A stretch of 64,000 nt of DNA. Source: Myxococcota bacterium (GTDB taxonomy: Bacteria; Myxococcota; JACRCW01). The notes below the pieces were generated by a model that worked only from the letters and a program-made list of their open reading frames with translations, was not told the DNA's origin and did not search any database. The stretch lies in contig JBFMGU010000002.1 in the NCBI GenBank assembly GCA_040752415.1, positions 37,294 to 101,293 on the forward strand, given 5' to 3'. Shown here in pieces: positions 35,313 through 44,760 of this stretch. The translations under genes and the position numbers were made by a program. Within the stretch, counting starts at the first letter, position 1. Every line of letters starts with the position of its first letter.

Positions 35313-36497
35313 TCACTCTTCCGACGACGTTGCCGCGGGCTTCACGTTCACGTTCTGCCCCGTCCAGGAATAGAAGCTGTGATGATACGTGTGAAAGTAG
35401 ATGCGCGCCCAGAGCAGCACCAGCATGGTCCCCATCAGCCACTGCGGCGCGCGCAGCCGCGCGGGAAAGGCCGGCCTGAGCTGGTGGAGCAGGTACGCGC
35501 AGCTCATGGCCATCAGCGGGTAGACGCTGAACACGTAGCGGCTTGCCCGACGATCAAAGAGCATGAAGAACAACACGTACACCACCACCGTGAACAACAC
35601 GCTGCGCAGCGCGGGGTCCAGCTCCGTGACCCGTCCCCGAACGCGCGCGTAGAGACGGTGCAGGATGAGCTGGCTCCAGGGCAGGAACCACACCACGCAC
35701 ACGCCCAGGTAGTAGCTGGCGTTGCGCAGTTTTCCGACGAGGGAGAGCTCTTCGCGGTCCTTCGCGTAGCCCAGGTGGATGTCCAGGTAGGTGCGCAGGA
35801 AGGAGTGCCCGTTGGCCGCCTCGAAGAGCAGGTCATGCGCCACCGCGGTGAGGCACACCGCCACGCCCGCCACGACGAGCGCCGCCAGGCCACGTCGCTC
35901 CCGGCCGTGGAACCACCACCAGCCCAGCAGCGCTGGCAACACCACCGGCCCCACGATTCCCTTGATGATGAAGCACCAGCTCGTCGCCAGGCACAGCAGC
36001 ACCACGTGACGCAGGCCCTCCCGTGCGCGCAGCAGCGCGTCGACGGAGACGAGCACGCCCAGCGCCAGCGGGACCTCGTGGTTGCCGCGCACCATGAACT
36101 GGAACCCGGCGTAGGACAGGGGCCACAACCAGGGTGCCAACGTCGCGGCGGGCTCACCGTAGAGCCGCAACGTGAGTCGACGCAGCATGGCCATGATGAG
36201 CAGGAAGTAGACGAAGTTCACCGCCAGCATCGCGGTGTCCGCCGTCATGCCCAGGCGACCCAGCAGCGCCGGCGGCCAGAAGAACGGCGCCAGGTGCTCC
36301 TCGAACAATCCGGTCTTGAAGTACCCCTCCGCAGGCCACTGCGGGCTCATCCACGTCGAGAACGGCGCCTCGGAGAGCTGGTGGGCAATCTTCGCGTACA
36401 GGCGGGAGTCGCCGTCCTTGAGCTGGTAGCCCGCCACGGACACCGAGAGCACCATGAGGCACAGCGCTGCCAGCGCCAGGGTTCCCGCGCGGAACAT
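35313..36497 (-). CDS. GT-C membrane glycosyltransferase (ArnT/PMT-like)
   Basis: DGDSRLYA..A, FEEH..PFFW, many TM helices, IKG, RYVFSVYP. Confidence 0.7.
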   Translation of the reverse strand: MFRAGTLALAALCLMVLSVSVAGYQLKDGDSRLYAKIAHQLSEAPFSTWMSPQWPAEGYFKTGLFEEHLAPFFWPPALLGRLGMTADTAMLAVNFVYFLLIMAMLRRLTLRLYGEPAATLAPWLWPLSYAGFQFMVRGNHEVPLALGVLVSVDALLRAREGLRHVVLLCLATSWCFIIKGIVGPVVLPALLGWWWFHGRERRGLAALVVAGVAVCLTAVAHDLLFEAANGHSFLRTYLDIHLGYAKDREELSLVGKLRNASYYLGVCVVWFLPWSQLILHRLYARVRGRVTELDPALRSVLFTVVVYVLFFMLFDRRASRYVFSVYPLMAMSCAYLLHQLRPAFPARLRAPQWLMGTMLVLLWARIYFHTYHHSFYSWTGQNVNVKPAATSSEE

Positions 36498-36622
36498 GGT
36501 GTGGCGGTATACCTGAAGTTGCGGGGGGCGCGGGGATTGTGTGCACCCGCTTGGGCCCGGCCGTGGGCACTGGACGAGGGCGCCAGCGGTGTGGTCAGGC
36601 TCGCGCACGTCGGGAGGCGCAC

Positions 36623-37429
36623 GTGGCGGACAAGTCATTCGGGGAAGCGTTCCAGCGGCTGTGCGACGTCATGGACAAGCTCCGGGAGAACTGCCCGTGG
36701 GACAAGGTGCAGACGCTGGAGACGCTGAAGCCCTACCTGCTCGAGGAGACGCACGAGGTCCTGCACGCCATGGACACCGGTGACTCCGCCGCCCACCAGG
36801 AGGAGCTCGGCGACCTGGTCTTCCAGGTGGTGTTCCACGCGCGCGTCCGCTCCGAGGAGCCCGGCGGGTTCACCGTGGCCGACGTGTGCAACGGCATCGC
36901 CGACAAGCTCATCCGTCGTCACCCGCACGTGTTCGGCCCCGAGGCGGGGCACGGCGCCACCAAGGCCTCCGTGCGTCAGAGCTGGGAAGCCCTCAAGGCG
37001 CAGGAGCGGGCCGGCAAGAGCGCGCTGCACGGCGTTCCTCCGTCGCTGCCGGCGTTGGCGCGCGCGCAGAAGGTGGGCGAGAAGGCCGCGCGCGTGGGCT
37101 TTGACTGGGAGAACGCCGACCACGTCCTGCAGAAGGTGGAGGAGGAGCTGGGGGAGCTGAAGGACGCGCTGCGCCACGGCAACCGCGAGCACGTCCGCGC
37201 CGAGATGGGCGACCTCCTCTTCTCCGTGGCCCAGCTCGCCCGCTTCGTGGAGCACAACGCCGAGGACGCCCTGCGCGAGACCATTGGCCGCTTCTCCCGC
37301 CGCTTCCAGTACGTGGAGCGCCGTCTCCGGGAGTCCGGGAAAACCCCGGAGTCCGCCGGCATGGAAGAGCTGGAGCGGCTGTGGGGCCTGGCCAAGCAGG
37401 CGGAAAAGCAAGGTCAATTGGACAGTTGA
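36623..37429 (+). CDS. mazG: Nucleoside triphosphate pyrophosphohydrolase
   Basis: CPWD..QT..L..YLLEE, EELGD, KLIRRHPHVFG, GFDW, EMGDLLF; GGAGG RBS. Confidence 0.95.
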   Translation: MADKSFGEAFQRLCDVMDKLRENCPWDKVQTLETLKPYLLEETHEVLHAMDTGDSAAHQEELGDLVFQVVFHARVRSEEPGGFTVADVCNGIADKLIRRHPHVFGPEAGHGATKASVRQSWEALKAQERAGKSALHGVPPSLPALARAQKVGEKAARVGFDWENADHVLQKVEEELGELKDALRHGNREHVRAEMGDLLFSVAQLARFVEHNAEDALRETIGRFSRRFQYVERRLRESGKTPESAGMEELERLWGLAKQAEKQGQLDS

Positions 37430-37534
37430 GCCTGATCCCTCAAGCGTCAGCACAGCCCTGATCCAAACGGTGATCACGGGCCGTACTGCAACCGGCACCG
37501 GTGTGCCCGGGACAACCGGGAGCTTGAGGTAGGC
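37430..37534. ncRNA. Candidate structured RNA or 3' element after mazG
   Basis: Closing stem CCTCAAGC / GCTTGAGG enclosing several short hairpins; family not recognised. Confidence 0.3.
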
Positions 37535-37700
37535 CTTGACAAGCGGTCGTTGGCGGTACTCGGATTCGCGCGGCTTTCTGGGGTGGAAGCAGCGCATCCC
37601 TTGCAGTGGCAGTCCACGGCTCCCGCACCGCGGGGCTCGTCGCAGCACGCTTTGGCAACGCAATTTTTACGTCGTGTGAATGAACTCGCACGGAGGTCGC

Positions 37701-40340
37701 ATGAAACCAACCACGCGGAAGCATTTCTGGCAGCGCGCCGAGATGACCGCCGCCATCGGGTCGCTCCTGATGCTGGCGGTCACGGGCGGTTGTCCGGGCT
37801 GCCCGCCCGGGACCGGCGGTGAAGACGCCGGCGCGGGGGGCACGGACACGTCCACCTCGTCGTCATCATCCAGCTCGTCGAGCAGCAGCTCCTCGGGCTC
37901 CGTCAGCTCAACCTCGTCCGGATCGGTGAGCTCCAGCAGCTCGTCGTCCAGCAGCTCCTCGTCGAGCGGCGCGCCGTCGTCGAGCAGCTCCTCGTCCTCC
38001 TCGGGCAGCGTGAGCTCCTCGTCCAGCAGCGGCTCGGTCTCCTCCAGCAGCAGCGGCGGACCGCCCGTGGATTGCGACGCCTACTGCGGCCGCATGGGCA
38101 CCGCCTGCACCGCCGGCGACGGGAACCTGCAGTACGTCTCCCCCGAGCTGTGCTCCGCGGCGTGCGCCCTGTTCCCCTCCGTGGCCGGCAGCAGCGGCGG
38201 CCAGGTGGTGAGCGGCAACTCCTTCCAATGTCGTGACTACCACTCCACCGTGGCGGCCAACGGCGGCGCGGACGCGGACACCCACTGCCCGCACGCCGGC
38301 CCCTACGGCACGGGTGTCGACCAGAACAACAACCCGCAGGCGGTGTGCGGCAGCGTGTGTGAGTTCTACTGTCGCGCCATCACCACGGCGTGCACCGGCA
38401 ACAACGCGCAGTACGCCGACGAGGCGGAGTGCCTCAGCACCTGCGCGGGCCTGGACCAGACCGGCGGCGTGCTCGACACCACCGGCGACACCGTGCAGTG
38501 CCGCGCCTATCACGCGGTGGTGGCCAGCCAGTCCGCCACCGACGCCACCAACCACTGCCCGCACGCCGGCGTGAATGCCACCGGCTTCTGCGTGGACCAG
38601 GTGGGCAACTGGAACGTGGAGGCCGCCACCGGTGGCAGCTACACCACCACCGACGACGGTCTCACCTTCATCTTCGGCGCCGCGCAGCTGGCCGGCACGC
38701 CCAACGTGCAGGTCATCCGCGTCACCCGCGCCGACGTCTCTCCGCGCAACAACGTGGAGGTGGCCAGCAACGCGTACCGCGTCACCATCGGTGGTGGCAC
38801 GGTGGCGCAGCCGTACACCATCGAGATTCCCGTCGGGATTGGCCCGGTGCACCCGCAGATTGCCGAGGTGGCGTACTGGAATGGCACGGACTGGGTCAGC
38901 CTGCCCAGCTTCTACCGCGTCAGCGACAACACCGTGACGGCCGACGCCAAGCGCCACGACGGCAGCACCTTCACCACGCAGGAGTTCACCATCGCGGTGA
39001 TCTACCGCTCGCTGCAGACGCTGCCGGCCAATGATGCGGCGGTGACGGCGGGTCGGGACTCCTTCATGAACGACACGTTCGGCAACGAGGACTACTTCAC
39101 CAACGTGGTGGGCCTCACCGACGTGCTGCTGCTGGATCCGCGCACCGCGCTCGGCTCTATCGGCCTGCAGATCGACATCGCCAGGGTGTTGGCGGCGGAC
39201 CCGCAGATCGACCTGGATGACGACGGCACCGCCGAGGACCTGGTGACGGTGCTGACCAGCCCCGACGGCGACGCGATGAAGGACCTGGCCCTGGATCACC
39301 CGGCGGTGACCCTGGAGCTGCTCCGCGCCGACGCGGTGATTGGCGTGCACGCGGAGTTTGGCGCCAGCAACCTGGAGCCGTTCCCCACCAGCGTGGGCAT
39401 CTCCTGCGCGCTGTGCCACGTGACGGTGACCCCGCGCACCGGCGCCACCATCACCGACAGCGGCGTCGCGCTGGACATCGGTGACCCGAACTTCGACGGG
39501 CGGCCGAACCTGAAGGCCAACATCGGCCTGCTGCTCTCGTGGACGCCGCTGGCCCAGGACAACGGGATCGAGAGCGTGCTGGCCAGTTGGGGCCCGGGTC
39601 GGTTCGACGTGCGCGCCGACCTCACCAGCCCCGCGGACAACCCGCTGGAGGACGGCGTGGTGAACCCCACGGCCATTCCGCCGCTGTGGAACTTCATTGA
39701 CCTCGAGGAGCAGGCCTACCGCTATGACTGGGACGGCCTGTTCAAGAACGACGACACCGCGCCCGACAACGTGCTGGCCAGCCAGGCCGAGGCGGTCCAC
39801 GACCTAATCCAGCACAGCAACGGTGCGTTCGGCACGGCGAGCGGCTGCTTTGCGCCGGAGCTGAACCCGCCGGCCGCGGGTGAGGAGACCACCGCGCGCA
39901 ACGTGATTGTGGCGGCGCTGGGTGCGGCGGAGACGGCCACCGCGGGCAATGACATCACGTGCCAGGCGCTGCTGGACGAGCAGGCGTTCCAGAAGAGCAT
40001 GGCCAGCCCGGCGCCGGGTGCGTTTGACGAGGCGGCGGCGGAGCGCGGGTTCCGGTTGTTCTACGGCGCCGCGGCCTGCAACACCTGCCACGTCACTCGG
40101 GAGTTCACCGGCCCGGGGACGTTCACCAACATCACGGCGACGGCTCCGCAGGGTGGCCTGGGCTTTGGCATCAAAGTGGCTCCGCTGCGTGGCATCTCGC
40201 AGACGGCTCCGTACTTCCACAACGGCAGCGCGGCGACGCTCTCTGACGTGGTGGACCGCTACGTGGCCCGGGGCTTCTCGACGCCGAACCTGAACGCGCA
40301 GCAGCGCGTGGACCTGGTGGAGTACCTCAAGAGTCTGTGA
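37701..40340 (+). CDS. Large lipoprotein: Ser-rich linker, two Cys/His repeats, beta-rich domain, C-terminal di-haem cytochrome c (MauG/bCcP superfamily-like)
   Basis: AVTGGC lipobox-like; CALCH (39405-39419) and CNTCH (40077-40091); PLRGISQTAPYFHNGS..TL.DVV and DLVEYLKSL; GGAGG RBS. Confidence 0.85.
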   Translation: MKPTTRKHFWQRAEMTAAIGSLLMLAVTGGCPGCPPGTGGEDAGAGGTDTSTSSSSSSSSSSSSSGSVSSTSSGSVSSSSSSSSSSSSSGAPSSSSSSSSSGSVSSSSSSGSVSSSSSGGPPVDCDAYCGRMGTACTAGDGNLQYVSPELCSAACALFPSVAGSSGGQVVSGNSFQCRDYHSTVAANGGADADTHCPHAGPYGTGVDQNNNPQAVCGSVCEFYCRAITTACTGNNAQYADEAECLSTCAGLDQTGGVLDTTGDTVQCRAYHAVVASQSATDATNHCPHAGVNATGFCVDQVGNWNVEAATGGSYTTTDDGLTFIFGAAQLAGTPNVQVIRVTRADVSPRNNVEVASNAYRVTIGGGTVAQPYTIEIPVGIGPVHPQIAEVAYWNGTDWVSLPSFYRVSDNTVTADAKRHDGSTFTTQEFTIAVIYRSLQTLPANDAAVTAGRDSFMNDTFGNEDYFTNVVGLTDVLLLDPRTALGSIGLQIDIARVLAADPQIDLDDDGTAEDLVTVLTSPDGDAMKDLALDHPAVTLELLRADAVIGVHAEFGASNLEPFPTSVGISCALCHVTVTPRTGATITDSGVALDIGDPNFDGRPNLKANIGLLLSWTPLAQDNGIESVLASWGPGRFDVRADLTSPADNPLEDGVVNPTAIPPLWNFIDLEEQAYRYDWDGLFKNDDTAPDNVLASQAEAVHDLIQHSNGAFGTASGCFAPELNPPAAGEETTARNVIVAALGAAETATAGNDITCQALLDEQAFQKSMASPAPGAFDEAAAERGFRLFYGAAACNTCHVTREFTGPGTFTNITATAPQGGLGFGIKVAPLRGISQTAPYFHNGSAATLSDVVDRYVARGFSTPNLNAQQRVDLVEYLKSL

Positions 40341-40450
40341 GGCATCACGCGGCTCCTCTCCGTCGGGAACGGCGGGGAGGGGCTGCGGTTCACAGACCCC
40401 CAAGCTCTAACGAACCCGAAATTCTTCACAGATTCTGGAGGATGTTTCAC

Positions 40451-41941
40451 ATGAAAAAGCTGTTGATGGCCTCCGTGGCCGCTAGCAGTGCACTGATCGC
40501 GTCCAGCGCGTTTGCTTCTTCCCACCGTGAGGCCCCGGCCATTGCCGACGACCCCGCGGCCGACAACACCGACCTGTGGGCGTGGGTGGACCGCACCCAG
40601 ACCCCAGCCAAGGTTTACATCATCGCTTCGTACAACCCGATGGAGGAGCCGTCCGGTGGTCCCAACTGGCACCGCTTCTCCGACGACGTGCGTTACGAGA
40701 TTCACGTTGCCCGTGGCGGAACCTCGCTTGAGGATGAGACCACGTTCCACTTCCGATTCAAGAGTGCGCGACCCACCGCGGTGGACCTGGGCACACTCGA
40801 CGCTGCTCCTCCGACTCCCACCACTCCGCAGGCCAGTGGCGTGGAGTTCTTCCGCCAGTTGACGTTCACCGAGCAGACCATGACGGTGACGATGATCCAG
40901 GGCACTACGTCGACGGTCATCGCACAGGATAGGGCTGTTGCGCCGCCGCACTACGGCGCGAAGACCTTTGCGGCGTTCAAGGCGCTGGGCGTGCCGCCGT
41001 ATAATGCGCCTGGGGTGACGGATTACGACCAAGCGTTCATCGAAGCCGGCTTCATCCATCCCCTGCAGGGCGGTGTGACGGGGCAGGTCTTCGCTGGGCC
41101 CCGCGACGACGGATTCTACGTGGATCTCGGGGCCGTCTTCGACCTGGCCAACCTGCGGAGCTATGGCGCGGTGCCCGACCTTCAGAGCCGTGGGTTCCCG
41201 GTGTTCACGGGCGGCACGCCTCAGGACAACCTGGCAAACTACAACTGTCACACGATCGCGCTTGAGATTGATGCCGCCACGCTCAACGGCGGCGCGGAGC
41301 CAACCCCGGGCGCAAGCGCCGCTCAGACGCTTGGCATCTGGGCGTCGGCCAGCAGGCGGAAGGCGACCATCTTGCGCGCCAACGGTCGCAACCTCAGCTT
41401 TGGGCCTTGGGTGCAGGTGTCCCGCTTGGGCCTTCCGCTCATCAACGAAGCGGTGATTGGTATCCAGGACAAGGACAAGTACAACCGGACCCGTCCGGCC
41501 ACCGATGCCGCATTGTTCGGGGCGTACTTCTTCAACCCGGTCTTGGTGCGTGACGCGGAAGTGGCAGGAGTGTACGACGCGGTCGCCACTCTTGTTGATC
41601 CCGATCCGAATCCCAACGCCTACAAGCACGACCGCACGGACATCATCGACACCATCAACTTGAACAATCCTGACATTGATACCATTGGCGACGTGCTCAG
41701 GCTGGATCTTGGTGTCACGTCCGGGTTCCCCAATGGGCGCCCCATCCCCGGAGGGGCCGCAGCCAACAAGGAGCAGGCTGATGTGACGGACGTGTTGCTG
41801 AGTCTCATCCTGACGGGTGGCGCAGTTGCGCTCACGGACGGCGTCAACAGCAACGATGTGGATTTCGAACCGGTGTTCCCGTACCTGGCGCCTCCGCACA
41901 ACGGGTTCGATCAGGGGCACGGTCGGACACCCGCGCCCTGA
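40451..41941 (+). CDS. Exported DUF4331 family protein; alternative ATG at 40442
   Basis: AFA|SSHREAP....P.ADNTD, FAGPRDDGFYVDLG..FD, QVSRLG.PLINE, GFPNGR, FPYLA.P. Confidence 0.85.
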   Translation: MKKLLMASVAASSALIASSAFASSHREAPAIADDPAADNTDLWAWVDRTQTPAKVYIIASYNPMEEPSGGPNWHRFSDDVRYEIHVARGGTSLEDETTFHFRFKSARPTAVDLGTLDAAPPTPTTPQASGVEFFRQLTFTEQTMTVTMIQGTTSTVIAQDRAVAPPHYGAKTFAAFKALGVPPYNAPGVTDYDQAFIEAGFIHPLQGGVTGQVFAGPRDDGFYVDLGAVFDLANLRSYGAVPDLQSRGFPVFTGGTPQDNLANYNCHTIALEIDAATLNGGAEPTPGASAAQTLGIWASASRRKATILRANGRNLSFGPWVQVSRLGLPLINEAVIGIQDKDKYNRTRPATDAALFGAYFFNPVLVRDAEVAGVYDAVATLVDPDPNPNAYKHDRTDIIDTINLNNPDIDTIGDVLRLDLGVTSGFPNGRPIPGGAAANKEQADVTDVLLSLILTGGAVALTDGVNSNDVDFEPVFPYLAPPHNGFDQGHGRTPAP

Positions 41942-41963
41942 GCTGAGTTGAACCTTCACGACG

Positions 41964-42007
41964 AGAAGGGCCGCGGCCGTTGGTGGTGACCGCGGCCCTT
42001 CTTGCTT
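41964..42007 (+). terminator. Terminator-like hairpin after the DUF4331 gene
   Basis: AGAAGGGCCGCGG / CCGCGGCCCTTCT 13-bp stem followed by T-rich sequence. Confidence 0.6.
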
Positions 42008-42102
42008 CGGTTCTCTGATTCTGAACCGGGATCCGTTTTGGGTTGTCCCCCTCCATGCGTCCGTCATAGGGTTGCTTGGTCACGAACCTCAGCGGGGCCA
42101 AC

Positions 42103-42660
42103 GTGCAGCGCGCAACTCTCCTCCTCGTCGCGCCCTTCCTCTGCGTAACGTCGTGTCAGTATTTCCAGATTGCCACTTGCAGCTCAGCCGACGACGATTG
42201 CGGCAGCGGGCACTACTGTGACGTGCAGGAAGGCCTTTGTCGCCAAGGGGTGGCGCCGGACGCCGGGGGAAGCGGGTCGTCCTCCAGCGGTGACAGTTCG
42301 ACCGGCGGCAGTTCTTCTGGGGCGTCCGCCGGCACGACGACGTCCACCGGCGTCACCACAACGTCATCCTCGTGGGGTTCTTCGTCTGGAGGGGCATCCA
42401 CGACATCATCGGGCGGGACCTCGTCCAGCGGGGCGTCTGGGACGTCAAGCGCGAGTGCAACCTCAAGCTCCAGCGCAGCAACCTCTTCCGGTGGCCCAGC
42501 ATACACGCCACCCAGACTCATGCTCCGGTTCGGGGCATCGGGACGCGGTGAGGGAAGCGGTCATCTCCTGCAGCTATCGGTTGGCGAGATGGTGCGGTCG
42601 CGCAACCCTGCAATCGACTTTGGCCTGATGCCTCAAGCCACCGTCGCTCACCAGGAGTAG
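42103..42660 (+). CDS. Small Cys-rich lipoprotein with Ser/Gly/Thr linker
   Basis: LCVTSC lipobox-like; C....DDC..GHYC....G.C module; long S/G/T tract. Confidence 0.6.
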   Translation: MQRATLLLVAPFLCVTSCQYFQIATCSSADDDCGSGHYCDVQEGLCRQGVAPDAGGSGSSSSGDSSTGGSSSGASAGTTTSTGVTTTSSSWGSSSGGASTTSSGGTSSSGASGTSSASATSSSSAATSSGGPAYTPPRLMLRFGASGRGEGSGHLLQLSVGEMVRSRNPAIDFGLMPQATVAHQE

Positions 42661-42663
42661 GAA

Positions 42664-44760
42664 ATGCTTAGACGAGCCATTGTCTACCTCGCTGCTGCCG
42701 GTCTGATGCTGCTTGTCGGCCGTCGAGCGATCGCAGCGCCGCCGGATGTGCTCACCGTTCAGGGTGTTCTGCGTGAGGATGCCGGAGGTCTGCAGGATGG
42801 TCTCTTCAACTTCCGGGTCCGACTCCTTGACGGCAGCACCGCGTTCTACGACGAGACGTTCACCGATGTTCCGGTGATGAGCGGCGTGTTCCAGTTTGAG
42901 CTGCGTGTCAGCACTGGGACCCTCGCCGACTTGATGCGTGCGCATCCTGCAGCGTTGATGGAAGTCAGTGTCAACGGTTCGCCAGTGACGACGGAGCCAC
43001 TCTACTCCACGCCCTATGCGCTTTACGCCGCACATTGTGATTCGGCGACGTCCGCGAACTACTTAGGAGCGTTGCCACCCCAGAGCTGGACCACCAAAGC
43101 CGAACTTGTCGACGGCGATCCCGCGACCGCGCCGGTGAGCTGGGACGATTTGAACGGATTTCCCCAAGTCTGCGCATCGCCGCTATTCCTCGCTGGCTTT
43201 GATGGGAGCGGCTTGCCGGTCTGTCGCCCGGCGGCTGTTGCGTCACTGAGTGGTGGTGGCGGAATCATCGTTGGGGGCACGAGCGATTTGGCTCTAAGCA
43301 TTGACCCGAATGTGATCCAGACAAGGGTCACGACGGATTGTGGGCCAGGCTTTGCCATCCGAAGTATTCAGGAGAATGGCGAAGCAGTTTGTGAGTCGGC
43401 CGGCACGGGTGGCGGCGCGCTGGGGCCCAACACTGTAGTAACGTCACACATCGTCGACGGCGAGGTCAGTGCCGCGGACATTGGCACATCTGCGGTTGGC
43501 TCAGATGAGCTGGCCATTGGAGCCGTCACACCTGCGCATCTGGCAATAGGCTCGTGTGCTGAAGGCGACACCCTGATGCTTGGGGCCGCGGGCTGGGATT
43601 GTTCAGCGCCGCAGCTTAGCGTTTCTATCGGTCAGGGGCTGCGGCTCGTTGGCGACACGCTTGAGGCATTGCCCACCGTTCTGCCCTCAAACGTTTCCAC
43701 TTCCCACGCTGAAAGCATTGTCGAGGACCGGGTCGCGGTCGCCATTGGCGCGGACGGTTGCCCGGTGATTGCGTTCCGCCGGACTGCTGAAGGGTTCCTC
43801 AGGATGGCAAGGTGCTCAGACCCGCAGTGCAGTTCGCTGGTGGAACGTGTCGTAGATGGAACTGGCGATGTCGGCGCGTATCCGTCGGTCTATGTCCAAA
43901 GAAACGGCAATCCAGCGTTCGCGTACTACGACGTCGACAACGGCGACCTAAAGTACGCCCAGTGCAATGATAGGGACTGCACGACAGCAACGCTGAGCGT
44001 GCTCGATAACGCCGGAGATGTCGGTCAACACACCTCTGTGGCTCGCGGGTCGGCAGATGCGCCAATCATCGCCTACTATGATGCCACCAACGGCGACCTT
44101 AAGGTGGCAATCTGCCTCGACGACGCGTGTGCTTCACCGTCAATCAAGACCATCGCCTCCAGTGGAGATGTTGGCAAGGATAACTCCATCGCAGTGGACC
44201 TGACTGGGTCACCGATCATCTCCTTCTACGACGCGACGGGCGGTGACCTGAAGCATGCAAGGTGCTTCCCTGCAAGCTGCAACAGCCCCTACGTCGTAAC
44301 GGTTGACTCAACCGGCGACGTGGGGCGCGGTACGTCTATTAGCGTAGGTAACGACGGATGGACATGGATCTCCTACTTGGACGTCACCAATGGCAAGGTG
44401 AAGTTGGCTCATTGCCTTGGTGGTAACGCATGCGTTGGCGCTACGAAGGTAACTTTGACCGGGCTCCAAGCGTCGGGTCTTACAGCCATCTCCGTTGGCC
44501 AAGATGGTCTTCCCACTGTCGTCTATCGGGAGACCGAGGCCAACAGTGAGGGAATTGCGGTCGCGCGGTGCGCGGATGCGGCCTGCTCCACGACTGCTGC
44601 AGGGATCACAGTGCTCTTGGCGCCTGGCCCAACGAGCTACGCAGCGGCGGCGCTCGGACACGATGGCAATCTGTTTGTGTCGTACTCCCTCGGTCAGCAA
44701 GGTCTCCATACCGAGAAGTGCGCGAATGTCTTCTGCGCTCGTGGCTGGTCGCGTCGATGA
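42664..44760 (+). CDS. Secreted protein with fibre-like N-terminal region and C-terminal Cys-containing beta-propeller-like repeats
   Basis: Signal peptide; QGVL..GVF..PYALYA; VTSHIVDG.V...DI repeats; repeated GDVG...S......P.I.YYD...GDLK.A.C....C. Confidence 0.7.
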   Translation: MLRRAIVYLAAAGLMLLVGRRAIAAPPDVLTVQGVLREDAGGLQDGLFNFRVRLLDGSTAFYDETFTDVPVMSGVFQFELRVSTGTLADLMRAHPAALMEVSVNGSPVTTEPLYSTPYALYAAHCDSATSANYLGALPPQSWTTKAELVDGDPATAPVSWDDLNGFPQVCASPLFLAGFDGSGLPVCRPAAVASLSGGGGIIVGGTSDLALSIDPNVIQTRVTTDCGPGFAIRSIQENGEAVCESAGTGGGALGPNTVVTSHIVDGEVSAADIGTSAVGSDELAIGAVTPAHLAIGSCAEGDTLMLGAAGWDCSAPQLSVSIGQGLRLVGDTLEALPTVLPSNVSTSHAESIVEDRVAVAIGADGCPVIAFRRTAEGFLRMARCSDPQCSSLVERVVDGTGDVGAYPSVYVQRNGNPAFAYYDVDNGDLKYAQCNDRDCTTATLSVLDNAGDVGQHTSVARGSADAPIIAYYDATNGDLKVAICLDDACASPSIKTIASSGDVGKDNSIAVDLTGSPIISFYDATGGDLKHARCFPASCNSPYVVTVDSTGDVGRGTSISVGNDGWTWISYLDVTNGKVKLAHCLGGNACVGATKVTLTGLQASGLTAISVGQDGLPTVVYRETEANSEGIAVARCADAACSTTAAGITVLLAPGPTSYAAAALGHDGNLFVSYSLGQQGLHTEKCANVFCARGWSRR

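Noticed and set aside
37430..37640. 6S RNA, SRP RNA or a known ribozyme/riboswitch
   Set aside because: I could not match the conserved cores of these families by eye
37850..38055. TCC/TCG/AGC low-complexity tracts (also about 42270-42490 and 46620-47070)
   Set aside because: They encode Ser/Gly linkers with mixed synonymous codons, not DNA-level repeats
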